Assembly: GCA_041649115.1 (NCBI GenBank)
Contig: JBAZNT010000001.1
Location: 140,325 to 204,324, forward strand
Direction of reading: 5' to 3'
DNA from: Candidatus Omnitrophota bacterium
GTDB lineage: Bacteria > Omnitrophota > Gorgyraeia > Gygaellales > Profunditerraquicolaceae
DNA: 64,000 nt
Under the pieces are notes generated by a model. That model worked only from the letters and a program-made list of their open reading frames with translations. It had not been told where the DNA came from and ran no database searches. The translations under genes were made by a program, and so were the position numbers. Of this stretch, positions 58,269 through 64,000 are shown piece after piece. Within the stretch, counting starts at the first letter, position 1, and every line of letters begins with the position of its first letter.

Positions 58269-59716
58269 AAACACTATTTATTGCGCCGTCAATAAAACAT
58301 AGCGCTTCCGCTGATTTTCCCGACGGCATACCTCGCAGCATCAGCAGGAATTTCGGTATTTATCCCTGGATCGGAATCTGTTCGATCGCGAGCTACCTGA
58401 GGCAGCATAATTTCGAATCCGACATTCTGGACATTGACGCCGAAGGGCTTTCCTTGAGGGGGGTTATCAGGAGGATACGGGAGAGCAATCCCCAGCTTAT
58501 CGGGATTTCCACTATTTCGTTTACATTTCTTTACGCGTTGAGGCTTGCCAGGGAGATCAAAAAACATTTCGATTGCCCTATCGTTATGGGGGGGCCGCAT
58601 GTCTCGATATATCCGAGAGAGGTGATGACGCACGGGTGTATCGATGTGGGCGTAATCGGGGAGGGAGAGCAGACATTCCTGGAGCTTGCGACTGCCTTTG
58701 CCGGCAATAGCGGCAACGAGGATGCGATACATAAGGAATTTTCAAGGATAGACGGCATTGCCTTCAGGTCAAACGCAAAAACGGTCGTCACGGCTCCGAG
58801 AAAACTATTCGATAATATCGATGAACTTCCGTTCCCGGCGATAGAGAAACTCAAGATACAGCGTTACTACGGATGCAATATAGGCAGGCCATATATAACG
58901 ATGGTAACGGCGCGGGGATGCCCTTTCTCCTGCAGCTTTTGTTCCAAGCAGCACTGGGGGGACAGCTTTAGGTTTCTCAGCGCAAGGAGGGTTGTTGATG
59001 AAATAGAATATTACATTAAACACCTCGGGATAAGGGCGGTTGACTTCTATGATGATACCTTTACCATCCCGCGTTCCAGGATACTTGAAATAACGGATTT
59101 AGTAAAAAAGCGCAATCTTAAATTTGATTTCGGCATGATGACGCGCGTCGACTGCGTGGACGCCGAATTGATTACCGCCTTAAAGGAAGCCGGCTGCAGG
59201 TCCCTGGCGTATGGGGTTGAATTCGGCGATGCCGATATCCAAAAAAAGGTAGATAAGGAATTTTCGTTTGCAGAGATAGACGGGGCCTTCCGGCTAGCCA
59301 GGCAGGCAGGTCTGGCAACGGTAGGATTTTTTATGGTAGGCCACCCCGAGGAGAGCGAGGATGCCGTAGGCAATACCATCAGGCTCATTAAACAGCTCGA
59401 TGTCGGCTATGTCAAAGCCAATATCCTCATACCATATCCGGGTTCGAAGCTATATCTTCAGCAGTTAAGATCCGGGAATCTAAAGGTAGATTTTTGGTCC
59501 GAATTAACCAGGGGGAAGATATTGCCTCTGGCCTCTTTGATAAAAACCAAGATAAGCATCCCCCGGTTAATAGAATTAAGAAATTATATCAACCGCCTTC
59601 CGTATTTGAAATTCAAGAGAAACAGCATTTCAAAGATACAGAAGATTAAATTATTCCAGGATATAAAACGGGCGTTTTCTATCTTAACCGGCTCTTACCT
59701 TGACAGGAGGGTATAG
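58265..59716 (+). CDS. B12-binding-domain radical SAM protein (class B), paralog of the preceding gene
   Basis: Contains IGICSIASYL...LIGISTISF...PIVMGGPHVS...GVIGEGE and radical SAM TARGCPFSCSFCSK. ATGA overlap with the upstream paralog. Confidence 0.8.
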   Translation: MKTLFIAPSIKHSASADFPDGIPRSISRNFGIYPWIGICSIASYLRQHNFESDILDIDAEGLSLRGVIRRIRESNPQLIGISTISFTFLYALRLAREIKKHFDCPIVMGGPHVSIYPREVMTHGCIDVGVIGEGEQTFLELATAFAGNSGNEDAIHKEFSRIDGIAFRSNAKTVVTAPRKLFDNIDELPFPAIEKLKIQRYYGCNIGRPYITMVTARGCPFSCSFCSKQHWGDSFRFLSARRVVDEIEYYIKHLGIRAVDFYDDTFTIPRSRILEITDLVKKRNLKFDFGMMTRVDCVDAELITALKEAGCRSLAYGVEFGDADIQKKVDKEFSFAEIDGAFRLARQAGLATVGFFMVGHPEESEDAVGNTIRLIKQLDVGYVKANILIPYPGSKLYLQQLRSGNLKVDFWSELTRGKILPLASLIKTKISIPRLIELRNYINRLPYLKFKRNSISKIQKIKLFQDIKRAFSILTGSYLDRRV

Positions 59717-59720
59717 GGGC

Positions 59721-60962
59721 TTGAGACTTATTAAGACCAGTACGAGTCTGTCCGCGTTTACGCTTCAAGAGGTTAGCTGCCGTATCTATGAAGATGAGGG
59801 GCGCGTTTTTTTAAATAAGGACGATTCTCCCGGCGAAAGACACCTCATTGAGAAGGCCCCGTCTTTTTATAAAAAAATGGATGTGGATTACGGTAGCATA
59901 TCGCAGGGGTTCGATAGGATAATGGTTGATGTTACTACCAGATGCAATTTGCATTGTTCAGTATGCTACCGCAAGCTTAATTCCAGGGAGGACGTTCCGC
60001 TGGCTACGCTCAGGGAATTTGCCGCCGGATGTCGCGGAAAGATTATTTCTCTCTGCGGAGGAGAACCGACAATGAGGGATGACCTGCCGGAGATTATCAG
60101 GTCCTTCGGCAGGAGGAATGCCGTGTTTCTGATTACCAACGGGATAAAACTTGCAGATTTCGATTACGCCTATAAACTCAAGATGAGCGGCCTGCGTTAC
60201 GTTTCGTTTTCCTTGAGCGGTTTTTCAGAGGGGACCCTGGGGCGCATAAACGAAGCCGGACTTCTTAGCGCCAAACTAAAGGCCCTGGGAAATCTTAAGC
60301 GTTTGAAGATAAAGACTGTTTTGGCGGCAGTATTAATCAAGGGGGTCAACGATAAAGAACTAAAGGATATTTTTGATTTTTGCCTGGATAACAGAGACTT
60401 TATCTACGAGCTCAGGGTAAGGGCAATGGCGCCTTTAGGCGCACATCTGGATTATGAAAGGATGTGCATCTCGCAGATGTTAGATACCGTAAGCGGGGAG
60501 TTGGGGATTGATAAAGGCGACATCCTGGGAGAATTTGAACTCAAGAGAGAAGCCAATGTTCTGTTTCGACGCGAGATTTTTAACATAAAAAGCTGCACCT
60601 TTGATTTCCATCTTAAGCTCCGGAAGAACGGTTTTTCTCCTGTTTGGAACAAATCCTTCAGCGTACACCCGCGCGCCTATCATCCGCTTTTACGGAAGGC
60701 ATCCGTTTTCTTAAGACTGATGAAGGTATTTGGGGCAGCAACGGTGTTGAGGGGCGCATTAAAGAAGGTTTTTAAAATAGATTTTTTGCCGTGGATTTAT
60801 CCCAAAAATATTTTTAAGGTCGGACTTAGATCCTGGCCCGATATTAACACCATAGACCTTCAGGAAAATTACCGCTGCAGAACCGGTTATTGGCTCGATG
60901 GTACGCTTGTTTCGTTTTGCCGCGCCAATATAATCAGAGATGGTTTTAAAAATGACCGATAA
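59721..60962 (+). CDS. Radical SAM protein, COG1964 / Tes (MJ0619)-like architecture with a degenerate N-terminal metal knuckle
   Basis: Radical SAM motif DVTTRCNLHCSVCY, GGEP (LCGGEPTM), and a C-terminal WPDINTIDLQENYRCRTGYWLDGTLVSFCRAN. The likely start is TTG 59721, after AGGAGG at 59704-59709; the track ORF begins at 59700. The family call rests on remembered motif patterns only. Confidence 0.55.
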   Translation: MRLIKTSTSLSAFTLQEVSCRIYEDEGRVFLNKDDSPGERHLIEKAPSFYKKMDVDYGSISQGFDRIMVDVTTRCNLHCSVCYRKLNSREDVPLATLREFAAGCRGKIISLCGGEPTMRDDLPEIIRSFGRRNAVFLITNGIKLADFDYAYKLKMSGLRYVSFSLSGFSEGTLGRINEAGLLSAKLKALGNLKRLKIKTVLAAVLIKGVNDKELKDIFDFCLDNRDFIYELRVRAMAPLGAHLDYERMCISQMLDTVSGELGIDKGDILGEFELKREANVLFRREIFNIKSCTFDFHLKLRKNGFSPVWNKSFSVHPRAYHPLLRKASVFLRLMKVFGAATVLRGALKKVFKIDFLPWIYPKNIFKVGLRSWPDINTIDLQENYRCRTGYWLDGTLVSFCRANIIRDGFKNDR

Positions 60963-61869
60963 GCTGTATGCTTGGATAGACGGACGGGTATCCTCCCAGG
61001 AGGTGGCGTTATTCAACCTTCGGCTTGGCGCTTTCCATTATGGCCTGGCGGCATTTGAGGGCATTCTGGCTGTGAGGGCGAGAGGCAAAGGAAGAAACGG
61101 CGTAGCTTTATTCAGGGCACCGGAACACATCGCCAGGCTTTTAGAATCGGCGCAAGCATTGCATCTGGACGTTCGCTATTCGCCGCAAGATATTCTTGAG
61201 GCCATAAGGGAAATCGTCATCCGCAACGGCTCACGCACCTGCTACGTACGCCCGTTGCTGTTTGGAGGCAACGATTATCTGCATTTAGCCCGTAAAAATA
61301 TGCCGGCGAGTCTGGCGGTGATGGTCAGGCCGTTTAACTTTTTGGCCTTTTCGCTTAAGATGAAAATTCCAGTTTCCCTGACGACCTTCGGAGGCAGGGA
61401 CAATCCTTCCGCCGGGGCACTCGGTTCTTTAAAGGTCTCGGGCAGATACGCGATGAATATGCTGGCAAAAAGATATGCCCTTGACCGGGGCTGTGCCGAT
61501 GCGGTTCTTTTTGATTCTTCAGGCAGCGTTGCGGAGGCAACGTCGTCAAACATATTTATAATATGCAAAAACAAAATATCTACCCCTGCGCCCGGGAAGA
61601 TTATAGATGGCATTACCAGAAAGACAGTGATATCCATTCTGGAGCAGATGGGCCTCAAGGTTGCCGTGAGGGTTATTGGCAGGGAGGAGCTGCTTGAGAG
61701 CGATGCGATATTTCTGACAGGAACGGCCAGCGGCATAGTCTGCGCTAGAAACATAGAGGGGCATAAGCTTAATGCCGCTGCCTTTGTTCCGGCGAAATTG
61801 CGCAGCAGATATATAGACATTATCAGCGGTCGCGATGACAAGAATAGCAGTTACCTTAATTATTGTTAA
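60940..61869 (+). CDS. Class IV (branched-chain amino acid / D-amino acid) aminotransferase family protein
   Basis: Contains FHYGLAAFEG, YVRPLLFGG, Lys region GSLKVSGRYAMNMLAKRYALDRGCADAVLFD, SVAEATSSNIF, DGITRKTVI and FLTGTASGI. The start is 60940 or 60952. Confidence 0.8.
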   Translation: MVLKMTDKLYAWIDGRVSSQEVALFNLRLGAFHYGLAAFEGILAVRARGKGRNGVALFRAPEHIARLLESAQALHLDVRYSPQDILEAIREIVIRNGSRTCYVRPLLFGGNDYLHLARKNMPASLAVMVRPFNFLAFSLKMKIPVSLTTFGGRDNPSAGALGSLKVSGRYAMNMLAKRYALDRGCADAVLFDSSGSVAEATSSNIFIICKNKISTPAPGKIIDGITRKTVISILEQMGLKVAVRVIGREELLESDAIFLTGTASGIVCARNIEGHKLNAAAFVPAKLRSRYIDIISGRDDKNSSYLNYC

Positions 61870-61881
61870 ACGCATAATACG

Positions 61882-63333
61882 ATGAGGGGCCCGTTTTTAG
61901 CAGAGCTTTCGGGAGGCGATGTCGCGCCTGGTTTATCAAGGCCGTTAAGAAAAACGGAAGAGATAGGCCGCACTTTAAGCGTTTGTCCGCGGTGCCTACG
62001 GACGGTTGAGGCCGCTGTCGTTAATAACAACGGTACCGTTATGATTGAAAAAATATGCCCGCGGCACGGCATATTTAAAGCGGTGCACATCTGGGATTCC
62101 GAACGTGTTTACCGGGGATTATCGGAGATTTTTGGGGGGCAGCAGGCGCGTGCAGCCAACGGCCTAGTATTGAACGTTACCAATAACTGCAACCTTCATT
62201 GTTCTTTTTGTTTTGCCAGGGCAAATGAAAGAACGGCGAATTCCTTGTCGCGCGACGCCATCGAGAAAATACTCGCCAGGCACCGGGGAGGGATCGTGTA
62301 CTTTTCGGGAGGGGAGCCGACGGTGCATCGGGGGTTGCTTGCGGATATGCGTCTCGTCAAGGAGCGCGGCCGTTCGGTAGGACTTTTCAGCAACGGCAAA
62401 AAACTTCAGCAGGTCAGTTATGTCAATCAGCTCCGCGAGGCAGGGGTAGATTTTGTAATCCTGCAGTTCGATTCCCTACGCGACGAGCATTATATATTCA
62501 TGCGGGGGGAAGCGTTGCTCCAGCAGAAGATGCGGGCCTTGGACAACCTGAGGTCTGCCCGTATACCCGTATACCTGTTTGTGATGCTTTTGGAAGGAAG
62601 AAATATAACAGAAATCGCTTCTTTGATACGGTTTGTTTCCGCTAAAAGCGATTTTATTAAAATAATCAATTTTAACCCGGTTTGGGATATTGGCAGGGTC
62701 GGCGCGCATCAAAAGATAACCACCTCGAAGATACTGAGCGCTATTGAGTCGCAGACAGGATTGACGACCGGAGATTTCCTGGATTCCACCGCGTTTTCCT
62801 TTTATTTATTTGAGGCCCTTGGGAAATTAAGCAAGAAAAGCGTGAATCTGCAGCCGGCCTGCGAACTACGCTGCTACGTGATGTTCAGGCGCGGCAGGCC
62901 AGTCCCGCTTACGAAAATAGTAGATATCAAAAGGCTTAATTTTTATTTGATGAAAATCGTCAAGGGCAGCGGAGCTGAGCGGATTTCGCGTTTGTTGCTG
63001 CTGCCGGTTTTTTTTCTGGAGGCCTTTATCGCCAACGGGAATTTCCGGTTTCTCTCGCGGCTTATTCTTAAGAACCTTGTAAGAAATTTACTCGGTATTT
63101 CATTGTTGCGCCTTTCCCCCTTTGCGAGCATAATCGTAGGAACATTCCAGACTGCGGAGAACCTGGATTTCAATTCAGTTAAGACCTGCAACCTTTATTC
63201 TGATTACCCGCAGGGAGAATTTATTTTTTCAGCTTGCATCAGGCAGATTTTAATGGATGGGATTGACGGGGCGGAGGGGGTTGATATGCAGGACCTCCTG
63301 TCTTCTTACAGAAAATCCGTCTTTGGTCCTTGA
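61882..63333 (+). CDS. Radical SAM protein, COG1964 / Tes (MJ0619)-like, with an intact N-terminal CPxC...CPxHG knuckle
   Basis: N-terminal CPRCLRTVEAAVVNNNGTVMIEKICPRHG, radical SAM NVTNNCNLHCSFCF, FSGGEPT, and C-terminal FQTAENLDFNSVKTCNLYSDYPQGEFIFSAC. The family call rests on remembered motif patterns only. Confidence 0.6.
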   Translation: MRGPFLAELSGGDVAPGLSRPLRKTEEIGRTLSVCPRCLRTVEAAVVNNNGTVMIEKICPRHGIFKAVHIWDSERVYRGLSEIFGGQQARAANGLVLNVTNNCNLHCSFCFARANERTANSLSRDAIEKILARHRGGIVYFSGGEPTVHRGLLADMRLVKERGRSVGLFSNGKKLQQVSYVNQLREAGVDFVILQFDSLRDEHYIFMRGEALLQQKMRALDNLRSARIPVYLFVMLLEGRNITEIASLIRFVSAKSDFIKIINFNPVWDIGRVGAHQKITTSKILSAIESQTGLTTGDFLDSTAFSFYLFEALGKLSKKSVNLQPACELRCYVMFRRGRPVPLTKIVDIKRLNFYLMKIVKGSGAERISRLLLLPVFFLEAFIANGNFRFLSRLILKNLVRNLLGISLLRLSPFASIIVGTFQTAENLDFNSVKTCNLYSDYPQGEFIFSACIRQILMDGIDGAEGVDMQDLLSSYRKSVFGP

Positions 63334-63410
63334 TGCTGATAAGGCGGTTTAATGGCCGTTAGAGTCAAAATGATGCCTTTTTAACGTGTTTCATCATACG
63401 GGGATATCCG

Positions 63411-64000
63411 ATGCCTGGAGAGCAAAGATATAGTCTTACGCAGCTGTTGAGGGTTAAAGACTGGCTGCATATCTTAGGTATTACTCTTCTTGGGATGCTG
63501 TATGTTTCCAGGGAAATGCCCTCCGGGATGTTTCCGTTATGGGCGTTGATTGTTGCTTCGCTGTACCTAGCCCACGGTTATTCCATGAATACCTGTCTTG
63601 ATTTGCGCTACGGCGGCATTATATCCGCAGAATATTTTTACAGGGGGCTGGCCTTTTCTTATTGCCTGTTTTTATTGAATTGCCTCATCGCCTACCATCT
63701 CTCGCTTTATATTTTAGGCATTGTGATTATCGGCAGCCTGGCGTGCCTGGCTTATTCTGCCAGGCCCCTTAGGTTGAAAAGGTTCATCGCGTCCAATCTT
63801 GCGCTTAATTCTTTTGGTTTTTCCATGCTTTTCCTTTTAGGGGTTGTTGCGGCATCCGGCAGGATAGGGCCGGCATCGTTTATCGCCACCGCATTTTTCT
63901 TTCTTATTTTTATCCCGTTGCAGCTCGTGCACCACATTGCGCATACGGAGGAAGACAGGGGCCAGCGGATATCGGCTTTACATATAAGATACGGCATGAA
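63411..64000 (+). CDS. UbiA-family prenyltransferase-like membrane protein (3' end outside the window; not in the supplied ORF track)
   Basis: I translated it by hand from the ATG at 63411; the frame is open to base 64000: MPGEQRYSLTQLLRVKDWLHILGITLLG...AYSARPLRLKRFIASNL...HHIAHTEEDRGQRISAL. The YSxxPxRLKR and ExxD-x-G motifs are typical of UbiA enzymes. The first Asp-rich motif is atypical (NTCLDLRY). Confidence 0.6.
   Translation, partial: MPGEQRYSLTQLLRVKDWLHILGITLLGMLYVSREMPSGMFPLWALIVASLYLAHGYSMNTCLDLRYGGIISAEYFYRGLAFSYCLFLLNCLIAYHLSLYILGIVIIGSLACLAYSARPLRLKRFIASNLALNSFGFSMLFLLGVVAASGRIGPASFIATAFFFLIFIPLQLVHHIAHTEEDRGQRISALHIRYGM

Overview
This is a 64-kb stretch of a bacterial chromosome. 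The lineage cannot be assigned from sequence alone, and the gene content and order suggest an uncultivated organism. I call about 60 protein genes and one tRNA. All but two genes are on the + strand, and they are tightly packed with many ATGA/TGATG-type start/stop overlaps. Bases 1-51.3 kb are housekeeping. They hold a partial UvrD-type helicase-nuclease, rpsO-pnp-ftsK, rodZ-like, rimO, pgsA-pgpA, and convergent thpR and cinA. Next comes an FMN-riboswitch-controlled rib operon (ribBA-ribH-nusB-PHP phosphatase-ribD-ribE), then tRNA-Pro(CGG), acyP, ligA, xerD, cca, rbfA-nrnA-ribF. A complete dcw cluster follows (mraZ-rsmH-ftsL-ftsI-murE-murF-mraY-murD-ftsW-murG-murC-murB-ddl-ftsQ-ftsA) and ends without ftsZ. 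After it come yggS-proC-mtnP-ileS-dksA-like-lspA-lgt-rluD. Bases 51.3-64 kb differ in character: ten co-directional genes, five of them radical SAM enzymes. These are one SPASM-type, two B12-binding, and two COG1964/Tes-like paralogs flanking a class IV aminotransferase. With them are a GT2 polyprenyl-phosphate-sugar-synthase-like enzyme, two GT-C-like integral membrane proteins, and a UbiA-family prenyltransferase that runs off the window end and is absent from the ORF track. I consider this the candidate undescribed system, probably for tailoring a membrane lipid or glycolipid, but its product cannot be read from the sequence. Other notable items are an FMN riboswitch about twice normal size because of three tandem two-hairpin modules, a PHP phosphatase nested in the rib operon, and a textbook MraZ operator. 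I saw no CRISPR arrays, transposases, rRNA genes or prophage genes. All function calls rest on motif recognition by eye; no database search was possible.
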